This document shows, one piece after another, positions 1-9,063 of a stretch of 64,000 nucleotides of DNA; within the stretch, counting starts at the first letter, position 1, and each line of letters begins with the position of its first letter. This DNA is from Marine Group II euryarchaeote MED-G35 (GTDB lineage Archaea; Thermoplasmatota; Poseidoniia; Poseidoniales; Thalassarchaeaceae): NCBI GenBank assembly GCA_002457155.1, contig NTJS01000003.1, positions 1,201 to 65,200 of the forward strand. The letters run 5' to 3'. The notes below the pieces were generated by a model. The model worked only from the letters and a program-made list of their open reading frames with translations. It did no database searches and was not told the origin of the DNA. A program made the position numbers and the translations under genes.

Positions 1-1050
1 TGAAGAAACCCTTCTTGTGGTCAGTGGCTCGGTCCCAATCTTCGAGCAGGCTTCAGAATATGTTCTGTATACCTCGCCTGTGGAAATATTCCTCAACCCG
101 TTTTCTTCATTTAGACAAATTGAGAAAAGAACTAACTTTTGGTGAAGGGGGAGCGTCTTGATTACCGGTGTTACCTGATCATATTCTAACTGGCTTTGCG
201 CCAATCTAACATGCTTGGTGTCCACATTTCCTTGTGCCCTTTGCTCTGCCTTTTGGACGGAGATTCTTAGAAGATCCAAAGCTCTCCTCGCATCCCCATG
301 TTCTTGGGCGGCTAGAGCGGAACAAAGCCTGATAACACCATCATCGAGAACTCCTTCTTTGATCCCCATCGACGCCCTCTCACTCAAAATGTTCTGAATT
401 TCAGTTGCCACATATGGGTGGAAGACAATATCTTCTTGACTCAGCCTCGAGCTTACACGTGGATCTAAGTGCTGAGTAAAGTGCAGATCGTTACTGATGC
501 CAATAATGGAGCATCTTCCTTCTCCTATCAAGGTGTTCAGGCTAGTAAGTGCATAAAGGAGATCATCCCCACCCTTATCGACTAAATTGTCAACTTCATC
601 GAGCACGATTATGTGCACTCCGCCTACCCTGCTCATCCTTGAAACGACAGTCTCCAGGACACGGTCCGTAGGCCACCCAGTGAATGGTACCGGAGGATCT
701 CCTCTACGTGCTAATTGAGTTGCAATAGTTTGAACAACTCTATATTTTGTGTCAACATTTCTGCAATTGATTTCGTAGGTCTTTACGGTCTGACCCATCT
801 CCAGTCCTTTTTCCCTTAGTTGACTTAGGACGAATCTTGTTACCACGGTTTTCCCCGACCCAGGAACCCCATAGAGGAGCATATTCGATGGAATATGTCC
901 ATTTAACGCATCAACTAGATTTCGAACTAGAGAATCCACTTCATGTTCCCTATGGGGGAGGCGAGCCGGTTCGAATGCGTGGTCAAATGCCCTTCTGTCG
1001 ACAAACAGACTATCCTGACCGAGAATCTCTTCGAAAATATTTCCTCTCAT
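1..1050 (-). CDS. orc1: Orc1/Cdc6 replication initiator, C-terminus cut by the window edge. It is absent from the ORF track because no stop codon lies in the window.
   Basis: My own minus-strand translation from the ATG at 1050-1048 gives MRGNIFEEILGQDSLFVDRRAFDHAFEPARLPHREHEVDSL...LLYGVPGSGKTVV (Walker A)...HIIVLDEVD (Walker B)...GDARRALDLLR (sensor region). The frame stays open to base 1. Confidence 0.9.
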   Translation of the reverse strand, partial: MRGNIFEEILGQDSLFVDRRAFDHAFEPARLPHREHEVDSLVRNLVDALNGHIPSNMLLYGVPGSGKTVVTRFVLSQLREKGLEMGQTVKTYEINCRNVDTKYRVVQTIATQLARRGDPPVPFTGWPTDRVLETVVSRMSRVGGVHIIVLDEVDNLVDKGGDDLLYALTSLNTLIGEGRCSIIGISNDLHFTQHLDPRVSSRLSQEDIVFHPYVATEIQNILSERASMGIKEGVLDDGVIRLCSALAAQEHGDARRALDLLRISVQKAEQRAQGNVDTKHVRLAQSQLEYDQVTPVIKTLPLHQKLVLFSICLNEENGLRNISTGEVYRTYSEACSKIGTEPLTTRRVSS

Positions 1051-1123
1051 TTTTTTTCACTTCGGTAAAACCATTACGAAATGCCATTCTACCCCCCCAT
1101 TGGGTTGATTGCTTCTCGTGAGG

Positions 1124-1135
1124 TTTCCACAGCGA
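1124..1135 (+). repeat. ORB-like element copy 1 (tttccacagcga)
   Basis: Matches the motif at 1291-1302 at 11 of 12 positions. It contains the TTCCAC core typical of archaeal origin recognition boxes. A C7 run (G7 on the other strand) lies about 25 nt away at 1092-1098. Confidence 0.4.
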
Positions 1136-1238
1136 CTATGTTTGTGGTAATAAGAGTGACTCGCTTCGTCAAATAATAATCATGTTTTGATAACAAAATA
1201 ATACACTTATCTTCTTAGTCATTTTCTACATCAGCTCT

Positions 1239-1260
1239 ATACTGAAATATAATTCAGTAT
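1239..1260. repeat. Inverted repeat inside the AT-rich region (atactgaa-atataa-ttcagtat)
   Basis: Perfect 8-bp arms separated by a 6-nt AT spacer, read directly from the sequence. Confidence 0.5.
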
Positions 1261-1290
1261 CATCTTTTTCTTAAATTATTACCAGTGTAT

Positions 1291-1302
1291 TTTCCACATC
1301 GA
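1291..1302 (+). repeat. ORB-like element copy 2 (tttccacatcga, followed by aagaagggaaa)
   Basis: Same orientation as copy 1. The extended sequence TTCCACATCGAAAGAAGGGAAA resembles an ORB core plus purine/G-rich tail. Confidence 0.4.
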
Positions 1303-1452
1303 AAGAAGGGAAATATTGTTTTCCAACAAGTAAACATAACATTTCAACTAAATCTCCTCGAGCAAAGTATCAGCGTCTGCAATATTTTACTAGAAATCAG
1401 TAATGACCGATCCAATAGTAATTCAGATATATATAATGGTAAACTTTTCCTC

Positions 1453-2253
1453 TTAATTATTAACAGTAAAATGGCCCGAATCATCTATTTCTATACTATC
1501 TCCGTCATTCAATTGGACGATATCAATAGGCAATTCTGGAATTTCGAAACCAGACTTACTATTGGGGGACTTTGCATAGTTGTGAGTAACCAGAACCTTC
1601 GCTTCTGGAAACCTTTCATTGAATGAGACTACATCTGAAGGCCTGTGGTGATGGGGAAAGTCACCAATGTCCGGCATCCCCATCTCCAATATTACCACAT
1701 CAACCTTGTCAGCCCGACTTTCAATCTCCGGACACGGCCCAGAATCACCACAGTGGAGAAGGCGAAAACCACTTTCATGTTCCAATTCATATCCATGAGG
1801 GTCTGTCTCGGGAGTGTGATGTACTGGAAACCTGTCATACTTCCACCCCGTGCTTCCAATAATTGCCCTCTCCTCTTCATTCCAATCTACCCTACCTTCA
1901 AGAGAATCATCAAGGCTTCCCGGGAACCCCATCTCACAGAGTGTCGACAGATACTTCCTCCCTCTCGGACGAAGATGAACTTCCAACTTCCTCTCCCCCT
2001 TGGGGTCCGAGAGAAACTTCCTATCTAGGAGTAAGAATGGGAATCCGAAGGAATGATCGCCGTGCCAATGTGTGAAAAGGATATGCTGTAATTGTCCTGG
2101 AGATACCCCTGCTCTTCTTAGTTGAGTGACAACGGTCGGAGGTGTATCAATTAGGACCCGATTATCAATCAGCGCCAAAGCATGCATTCTTCCTTGGGGG
2201 GCGAAAGCATTCCCAGTGCCGAGGAAGTCTATGCGCGCCACACTTTCCGACAT
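1453..2253 (-). CDS. MBL-fold metallo-hydrolase
   Basis: HxHxDH motif in FTHWHGDHSFG. A later CGDSG and a His-rich region (HHHRPSD) fit the beta-lactamase fold. Confidence 0.8.
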   Translation of the reverse strand: MSESVARIDFLGTGNAFAPQGRMHALALIDNRVLIDTPPTVVTQLRRAGVSPGQLQHILFTHWHGDHSFGFPFLLLDRKFLSDPKGERKLEVHLRPRGRKYLSTLCEMGFPGSLDDSLEGRVDWNEEERAIIGSTGWKYDRFPVHHTPETDPHGYELEHESGFRLLHCGDSGPCPEIESRADKVDVVILEMGMPDIGDFPHHHRPSDVVSFNERFPEAKVLVTHNYAKSPNSKSGFEIPELPIDIVQLNDGDSIEIDDSGHFTVNN

Positions 2254-2351
2254 GCGTCTTCAGACTTGACCCCATCGTTTGCCGCTACGAAGTCATTACC
2301 ATACGCATTCGTTCATATATCCTAGTTAAGTCGGAAATATCGGAGATATAG

Positions 2352-3647
2352 GTGTCAGGCAAGTCGGCTAAATCTGCGTGGTCCGCTAAGAACCCTTATT
2401 TCACAAATATTACAGAGAATTATGTCCTAAATGGCGAATCCTCGAAGAAGGAAACCCGACATATCGTGTTCAATCTGGGAGATTCTGGATTGGAGTACAA
2501 AGCAGGAGATGCACTAGGAGTAGTTCCAAGGTGCCCTCCCGAGATAGTTGAGGAAATATTGCATATTTGTAGATTCACAGGAGAGGAAGAGGTAGAAACA
2601 AACCTAGGACAATGCTCACTAAGGAATGCATTGACAGATAGATACGAGACTCACCGAGTTTCAAAGAAGTGGCTAAAGGGCATCGCTGAAAGAAAAGTCG
2701 ACTCTCCTCCCAAATTGGAGATGAGAATTGTCTCAAGGACGCGCTCCTCCTCTCTCGATGGGATGATGATTGTTGACTGGGAAGCCCGTAGTGAACAAGA
2801 TGTGCCAGAGGGATATGTGGAAATGGGAGAAGTCGGAGATAATTCTGCGATACTATTGCAGGAACTAATCTCAAATAATGATGCTATGGAAGATTATATT
2901 TGGTCTAGGGATTATGTCGACGCATTGAGAGATTTCATTGGTTTTGGTTTTACTCCGCAGCAACTATTGGAAGGGATGGATAGGCTGAAACCAAGGCTGT
3001 ATTCGATTGCCAGTAGCCCCGATTTTGAGAAGGGAACCGTCCATCTGACCGTGGCAATAGTCAGATATAACCACCATGAAAGGGATAGGACTGGCCTTTG
3101 CACTGGGTTCATGGCCGATAGGTGCGAGATCGACAAAACACAGATTGGAGTTTACATGTCTCCAACACGGTCATTTGTACTCCCAGAGGATGGTAGCAAG
3201 GATGTGATAATGGTTGGCCCGGGAACTGGAATTGCTCCCTTCAGAGCTTTCCTTCAGCAGAGAGAGATGAACAACGATTCGGGTAGGAACTGGCTCTTCT
3301 TCGGAGACTGGACAGAGGAAGGCGAATACCTCTACCGCGATGAAATGGATATCTGGAAAGAAAGAGGAGTAATTTCGAAACACGATTTGGCTTGGTCACG
3401 CCAAGGATCTGAGAAGGTTTACGTTCAGCATTTGATGAAGAAGAATGGCGAAGAAATATGGAATTGGATTGAAGGTGGGGCATATTTCTACGTTTGTGGC
3501 GATAAACAGTACATGGCCAAAGATGTCCACTCTACTCTTATTAATATCTGCTCAGAATATGGGGGGATGTCCCCTGAAGAGGCTAAGGATTTCGTTGAGA
3601 GTGGTCTGATGAAATCTGAGAAGAGATATCTGCGAGACGTATATTGA
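2352..3647 (+). CDS. CysJ/CPR-like FAD- and NADPH-binding oxidoreductase (FNR-like module, no flavodoxin domain)
   Basis: RLYSIASSP FAD motif, GPGTGIAPFRAF NADPH motif, YVQHLM, YFYVCGD, and the C-terminal YLRDVY typical of the sulfite reductase flavoprotein/CPR family. GTG start. Confidence 0.8.
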   Translation: MSGKSAKSAWSAKNPYFTNITENYVLNGESSKKETRHIVFNLGDSGLEYKAGDALGVVPRCPPEIVEEILHICRFTGEEEVETNLGQCSLRNALTDRYETHRVSKKWLKGIAERKVDSPPKLEMRIVSRTRSSSLDGMMIVDWEARSEQDVPEGYVEMGEVGDNSAILLQELISNNDAMEDYIWSRDYVDALRDFIGFGFTPQQLLEGMDRLKPRLYSIASSPDFEKGTVHLTVAIVRYNHHERDRTGLCTGFMADRCEIDKTQIGVYMSPTRSFVLPEDGSKDVIMVGPGTGIAPFRAFLQQREMNNDSGRNWLFFGDWTEEGEYLYRDEMDIWKERGVISKHDLAWSRQGSEKVYVQHLMKKNGEEIWNWIEGGAYFYVCGDKQYMAKDVHSTLINICSEYGGMSPEEAKDFVESGLMKSEKRYLRDVY

Positions 3648-3689
3648 GAAGCCGATTCACTCAAACGAAGGTACACCTAGCATAGTAAT

Positions 3690-5033
3690 GTGTTCCGTCG
3701 AGTACTAGTCTCGAACCGTGGTGAAATAGCTCTTCGAATAGTTAGGTCATTGAGAGAACTGGGTATCGAATCAGTAGTCATCCATGGTCGTGAAGATAGG
3801 ATGTCCCTCCCAGTTAGGCTTGCTGATGAGGGGTTCTTCATCCCCCGGGAAGATCCACTAGCGTCGTACCTTGATATTGAGGCTATCATCTCTGCTGCGA
3901 AAGAGGTTGGTGCAGACGCGGTTCATCCGGGGTATGGTTTTCTTTCGGAGAACGCGACCTTTGCACAGCGCCTCGCTGAAGAAGGAATAACCTTCATTGG
4001 TCCGTCGCCGGAATCGCTTAGGCTTCTGGGGGATAAGATAGCAGCCAGGGAAGCCATGTCAAAGGCCGGAATACCAGTGGCAAAGGGTACCAATGAACCA
4101 ATTTCTGATTCCAAAGAGGCACTAGCACTTGCCTCAGAGATAGGCTTCCCACTTATGATCAAGGCAGCCTCTGGAGGAGGGGGAATTGGCATGCAGGTGG
4201 TCAATGAAAAATCCGATTTCGAATCTGCACTGAGGCTATGCCAAGGTCGTGCTGAGTCAGCCTTTGGAGACAGCAGAGTCTTCATTGAGGAATATGTCAG
4301 CACCGCAGAGCATATTGAATTCCAGGTAGTCGGCGACGGTTCCAAAGCAATCCATCTCGGTGAAAGATTCTGTTCCATTCAGAGGAGGCATCAGAAGATT
4401 CTGGAAGAAGGGCCCTGGTTAAGCGAGAAAGAAAGAGAGGACATCGGTGCCAAGGTCGTGGCAGGGGCCGAAGCAATTGGTTACAGAGGCCTTGCGACAT
4501 TTGAGTTCCTGAGAAACTCTGAGGGGGAGTTCTACTTCATGGAGGTGAACCCTAGGGTTCAAGTGGAACATACAGTAACTGAGATGTTGACAGGAATCGA
4601 TCTTGTTTCTCTGGGGATAATCGTTTCTTCTGGGGCCGAATTGCCAATAAAACAGGAAGAAGTAATCTGGAATGGCCACGCAATCCAGGCTCGGATAAAT
4701 GCAGAGAATCCAGTAACTCTCGAGCCTTCTCCAGGAAAATTGTGGGAATGCCACTGGCCAGGGGGGCCAGGGATCAGAGTCGACTCCCATGGATTCTCGG
4801 GCTATGTAATGCCCGAAGCGTTCGACTCTCTCCTTGCCAAAGTAATCTCCTGGGCTCCGACCAGAAACCAGGCAATAGCAAGACTAGACTCTGCCCTAGA
4901 AGAAACCATACTTCTGGGGTTGGACACACTGATCCCCCTACACAGGGCCATTTTAGAGGAATCAGACTTCTTAGAAAAGAAGATTAACACCGACTACCTA
5001 GATTCCCATGCAGATTTACTGGCTGGTGATTAG
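3690..5033 (+). CDS. accC: Biotin carboxylase subunit (ATP-grasp) of a biotin-dependent carboxylase
   Basis: N-terminus RVLVSNRGEIALRIVRSLRELGI, then HPGYGFLSENA, GGGGIGMQVV, EMNPRVQVEHTVTE-like (MEVNPRVQVEHTVTEM). Confidence 0.9.
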   Translation: MFRRVLVSNRGEIALRIVRSLRELGIESVVIHGREDRMSLPVRLADEGFFIPREDPLASYLDIEAIISAAKEVGADAVHPGYGFLSENATFAQRLAEEGITFIGPSPESLRLLGDKIAAREAMSKAGIPVAKGTNEPISDSKEALALASEIGFPLMIKAASGGGGIGMQVVNEKSDFESALRLCQGRAESAFGDSRVFIEEYVSTAEHIEFQVVGDGSKAIHLGERFCSIQRRHQKILEEGPWLSEKEREDIGAKVVAGAEAIGYRGLATFEFLRNSEGEFYFMEVNPRVQVEHTVTEMLTGIDLVSLGIIVSSGAELPIKQEEVIWNGHAIQARINAENPVTLEPSPGKLWECHWPGGPGIRVDSHGFSGYVMPEAFDSLLAKVISWAPTRNQAIARLDSALEETILLGLDTLIPLHRAILEESDFLEKKINTDYLDSHADLLAGD

Positions 5034-5996
5034 TTGGAATTGGTGATCGTAGGTAGTATTGGTTATGATGACATCGAAACTCCAATTGCCACAGGTTCGG
5101 ATATCCTCGGCGGCTCTGCAGTACACGCCGGCGTCTCATCGTCATTTCACCTCCCAGAGACCCCAGAGGGAATCAGAAGAGTCGGCCTAGTGGCGCCCAT
5201 CGGCAATGACTTCTCAGATTCCCACCAATCCAAATTAGAAGGCCTCGGAATAGACCTCTCTGGGGTGGAGAAACTACCCGGAAAGACGTTTCGGTGGTCA
5301 GGAAGATATTCTGGAACAATGGAGAACGTGGAGACAATTTCAACTGAGGTCAATGTTCTTGGGGACTTCTCTCCTCAAATCCCCGAGTCGTGGAGATCCC
5401 CTAATGTTCTCTTCTGCGCCAATACTCATCCAGCATCACAGGTCCTCGTTCTCGATCAGTGCCCTAGCTCGGAGATTACAGCGATTGACACCTTCATGTT
5501 GTGGATAGAGACTGAGTTTGAGTCTCTCTCAACAGCACTTAGAAAGGCAGACTTGGCAATACTCAACGAAGAAGAGGTCTGTGCAATATCCGGTGAGGAT
5601 TTCTTCATGAAAGCCATAGGTCCAATATTGTCCGGAGCCTGCCTCCATGGGGGTGAATCAGCAGGTCGAGGACCTAGTGGCCTGGTTATCAAGAGGGGCT
5701 CTTCTGGAGTGTTTGCCCACCTTCCATGTGGGATTATTTCCCTACCATCTTTCCCAATCTCAGAAGTGGTCGATCCAACGGGATGCGGAGACTCCTTTGC
5801 AGGAGCACTATTGGCCAACATGTCTCAGAGGAAGGGAATATTGAATGATATTGAATCAATGAGGGACGCAATGGTCCATGCAACGGTAACTTCTTCATTT
5901 ACAATTCAAGGTCTGGGGACTAACAAACTACAAGGACTCGAGAGGGGACTCTATCATGCGAGGATGGACAGCTTCCGGCGAATAGTCGGCCTGTGA
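5034..5996 (+). CDS. PfkB/ribokinase-family carbohydrate or nucleoside kinase
   Basis: C-terminal DPTGCGDSFAGALLA motif (PfkB signature 2). TTG start adjacent to the accC stop. Confidence 0.75.
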   Translation: MELVIVGSIGYDDIETPIATGSDILGGSAVHAGVSSSFHLPETPEGIRRVGLVAPIGNDFSDSHQSKLEGLGIDLSGVEKLPGKTFRWSGRYSGTMENVETISTEVNVLGDFSPQIPESWRSPNVLFCANTHPASQVLVLDQCPSSEITAIDTFMLWIETEFESLSTALRKADLAILNEEEVCAISGEDFFMKAIGPILSGACLHGGESAGRGPSGLVIKRGSSGVFAHLPCGIISLPSFPISEVVDPTGCGDSFAGALLANMSQRKGILNDIESMRDAMVHATVTSSFTIQGLGTNKLQGLERGLYHARMDSFRRIVGL

Positions 5997-7616
5997 TCAT
6001 CCTAGTCTTCTTAGTCCGGGAAGAGGGTTTGGATCTTCTCTAGAAGAGGTCGGTTTTAGTTGACCGAATCTCAATGAATCGTTAGATCCATCTGACAGAA
6101 GTGCATCCTCTCCTACTTCTCCAGATACCTTCTTCACAATAAAATCGAGTTTATCTCTAGCAGTTGAAGGGTGGTTGGCCTTTCGCATTGCACGAACACG
6201 AGATGCGATATCGGCTTGGTGATCTTGATCGCTCCTCAGCCTCATATGTTGAGTAGTTTGGAATCTCTCAGTTTCAATGTCATCAATCGGTCCTGCGTCT
6301 TTCGTCTCTGTACTTCTAATATTGCCACCGGGCCTCAGGAGGCGAGATAGCCAACCACCCGATATTTCACCCTTAGACTTCGCTCCAGTCTGGCTGCTAC
6401 TCGACATAGTGGAGGCTAACCCCTTCAAAGCGGGGTAGTCATCCAAATTAGCAGCTCTCATTGATCCCGGACCATTCAAACTCTGTGTCCGCCACTCTTG
6501 TCTGGCCTTTGCTTGCCTCACTACTCCCGCTTTGCACTCTTCCCTAACCGCTTCCTCAGTTGGAGGTGGAAGCAACGCTCTTGGGAATGGTTCAGAAGGG
6601 GCGCCAAATTCTTGATGTGCCCGCTTTATCATCTGAGCACTAGAATTGGGCCTCTCGGTTGGTTCCGTGCCAAGGGTCTCGGAATCAAAATCGAAAAGAC
6701 CCATGTCATTGGAATTAGATAATTCTGAGGACGTCCCCGTGTCGAAAACCCCTCCCGGGGAAAACATATCTAGACTCTCTGCTGCATCAGAGAAAGCAGA
6801 ATCAATTCTACTCCCGCCTCTCGATTCGGACTCCTTCTCCTTGTACCAGTTTGGTGCCTCTTGCACCCCCCAAGCTCTCTCATAGGCATTCCGATTTAGT
6901 GGATTGGAATTAGTAGAGATCACTTCCGAAGTATCGCCAAATGGAGATTCTGACACCTCTGGTAGTATTTGTCTCCCAAATACTTCCGAATCAGAATCGG
7001 CCCCAAATCCGAGAATTGAATCACTACTCTCCTCAGAATCTATTCCATTTGTCTTGGCGGTCAATGGCAATGCAGCAACTGGTGATTTCTCAAACTGCCC
7101 AGTGACATCTCTTAATGCGGGGAAAGTCGGAACCTCCGAATCTAGATTTTCCAGACCCAGTACGGCCTCTTGCATATCACTACCATGTCTTACTCTGTCA
7201 ACAATAAGACAAAGTTTCAGTAGATTCGACTCGCTTCCTGAGATTAAGTGTCTGTCGCCAGGGCCAGTTTCTATGGCCAGTATAGAATAACGAGAAACTA
7301 TGTTCGAGATAATTATGGATGCACCCAATCCAATCGCTATCCAATTCATCGGTGAGAAAATTGTTGTTACTCCGAGGTAGATCGAAATTATCCCCAGAAG
7401 GACGGTTCCGGAGGGAAGCATAGGAATCTTGAGGTGCCTCATTCTTTCAATGGCGGCTAAGTCTAGCCTAACTCCCTTTCCATCGAATCTTTCTATGGTG
7501 ATCTGACGTTCCGTAATTACAGCACAAAACTTTCCCCTCGCGCCGACTAAGTAGAGGCCACCGATCAACTCGGCTTGCCTCTTCTTAGTCGGGCCATTAG
7601 GCCCGGCTAATCCCAT
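5997..7616 (-). CDS. Hypothetical membrane protein: N-terminal PH-like/TM-hairpin module plus a long acidic, Ser-rich, low-complexity tail
   Basis: Long ORF with two hydrophobic helices (LLGIISIYLGVTTIF, WIAIGLGASIIISNIV) followed by about 380 aa of low-complexity sequence. I recognised no catalytic motif. Confidence 0.5.
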   Translation of the reverse strand: MGLAGPNGPTKKRQAELIGGLYLVGARGKFCAVITERQITIERFDGKGVRLDLAAIERMRHLKIPMLPSGTVLLGIISIYLGVTTIFSPMNWIAIGLGASIIISNIVSRYSILAIETGPGDRHLISGSESNLLKLCLIVDRVRHGSDMQEAVLGLENLDSEVPTFPALRDVTGQFEKSPVAALPLTAKTNGIDSEESSDSILGFGADSDSEVFGRQILPEVSESPFGDTSEVISTNSNPLNRNAYERAWGVQEAPNWYKEKESESRGGSRIDSAFSDAAESLDMFSPGGVFDTGTSSELSNSNDMGLFDFDSETLGTEPTERPNSSAQMIKRAHQEFGAPSEPFPRALLPPPTEEAVREECKAGVVRQAKARQEWRTQSLNGPGSMRAANLDDYPALKGLASTMSSSSQTGAKSKGEISGGWLSRLLRPGGNIRSTETKDAGPIDDIETERFQTTQHMRLRSDQDHQADIASRVRAMRKANHPSTARDKLDFIVKKVSGEVGEDALLSDGSNDSLRFGQLKPTSSREDPNPLPGLRRLG

Positions 7617-7713
7617 CCGTTACGCCGAGCGGATTATCCATGGTATAAGTCCATGGGGGTTTGCCTATTGAAATCACAATACTTAGGCACGTTTCCCTTT
7701 TTGCCGTTTTCAC

Positions 7714-8172
7714 TCAACGCATGGCGTTCCTTGCCTCATTTGCCATACTCCACATTTCCTTCTCATCATCTGTTTTTGGTTCGAATTGTGGAATCTTAAC
7801 AGGCTTCATAGTCTCGTCGATCGCAACCATGAAGAAGAAACCAGAACAGATTTCTTCTCCAACCCATTCCGAACGAGAAAGCCTACAGGAAGTAACATGG
7901 ACACCTACAGTTCTCGGAGACGTCCAAACTACCCGCGAGGTCGTCCGAATTATGTCTCCTTGGAAAGCTGGCCTCCTGAACTTTAGAGCATCTACGGAAA
8001 CTGTCACGAAAACCCTGTGAGCGAACTTCGAAGCAACCATTCCAGCAGCGGTATCCATGATGGCCATTAGCCTGCCACCGAACAGGGTATTCAGCGCATT
8101 TGTGTGGCCGGGAAAAACTTCGTCCAGTACTACCACAGGTTCTTCTGAGTATGGCTTGTCAATCTTCATCAA
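7714..8172 (-). CDS. Acyl-CoA thioesterase (hotdog fold, YciA-like)
   Basis: VFPGHTNALNTLFGGRLMAIMDTAAGMVASKFA is the characteristic acyl-CoA hydrolase N-terminal block. Confidence 0.75.
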   Translation of the reverse strand: MMKIDKPYSEEPVVVLDEVFPGHTNALNTLFGGRLMAIMDTAAGMVASKFAHRVFVTVSVDALKFRRPAFQGDIIRTTSRVVWTSPRTVGVHVTSCRLSRSEWVGEEICSGFFFMVAIDETMKPVKIPQFEPKTDDEKEMWSMANEARNAMR

Positions 8173-8271
8173 TTGTTCTCAGCGAGCCACACTCCTTGAA
8201 TACTTCAGTTTCAGAACTCAATAAATGGGGGTTTACCGCTTACTTCAATCGAGCGACCACCTCGGAGAAAC

Positions 8272-9063
8272 ATGGGAGTGCCTGAACTTAGGTGGGAATC
8301 CTCAGTCTTTCATGACCCAAATGGTGGTTCCGTTTTGCTCTGGCCATACCTTCCATGTGTTCGGATGCCTGTAAAGATGCGGCCGAGAGTTTGGGATGGG
8401 TTAGCACTCCTGTCTTCGGCTGATGAGTTGGTTTCTTTGAAGGAGGAAGAGGAACAGGATAAATCCAGTCCAGGCATTCACATGGAGTCGGCATTAGCAT
8501 CGGGAACTACCCTGGGAATGCTTGTCAGAGACCTCTCGGAACTAGATTTAGAGGGCCCATCCATACCCGATCCGGAGAGGATTAGACTTCTGAGACACGC
8601 TGAAAACTCAAGAGGAGGTATGCCAATTTATGCAATCGAACCTGGAATCGATGATCCAGAATGGGCTGATTGGCAATCAAGATGGGCAGATGAACAGGTC
8701 AGATTCCGAAACCTACTAGCCACACTCGGGAGATCAAGGAGATGGTCAAGAGTTAGAAAGGAGGCCATAGCAAAGGTCTCCCATTCAAAATTAGCAAGCC
8801 CAGATCTTGGAGCCGCATCAACTGTATGTGCCGCTTGGTGGACTGAAGAGTCGATGTGTTTGACTACGGAACTTATCGTTGAGAGAGATTCGAGATTTTC
8901 CTCAAGGATTAGGGGGGCCTTATCTAACCTCAGAGATAGTGGTGGTGATTGGGATGAAGGCGGACCAACCCTACTAGTCCCAGTTCAACAGGCTCTTGTA
9001 CCCTCATTAGAGAATAGCCTAATTGCCTGTGAGTCCGTCGAGACACTGGAGATGGAGCGATGA
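8272..9063 (+). CDS. Hypothetical protein, first gene of a three-gene operon
   Basis: Open frame whose stop overlaps the next start (ATGA at 9060). No motif recognised. The true start is uncertain (internal Met at MESALASG). Confidence 0.4.
   Translation: MGVPELRWESSVFHDPNGGSVLLWPYLPCVRMPVKMRPRVWDGLALLSSADELVSLKEEEEQDKSSPGIHMESALASGTTLGMLVRDLSELDLEGPSIPDPERIRLLRHAENSRGGMPIYAIEPGIDDPEWADWQSRWADEQVRFRNLLATLGRSRRWSRVRKEAIAKVSHSKLASPDLGAASTVCAAWWTEESMCLTTELIVERDSRFSSRIRGALSNLRDSGGDWDEGGPTLLVPVQQALVPSLENSLIACESVETLEMER

Larger units (their letters stand above)
1051..1452. other. Putative replication origin (oriC): AT-rich non-coding region directly upstream of orc1/cdc6
   Basis: This is the largest non-coding gap in the window and is visibly AT-rich (for example aataataatcatgttttgataacaaaataatac). 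It contains repeated TTTCCACA-CGA motifs and an 8-bp-arm palindrome, and it abuts the orc1 start codon. Confidence 0.5.
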
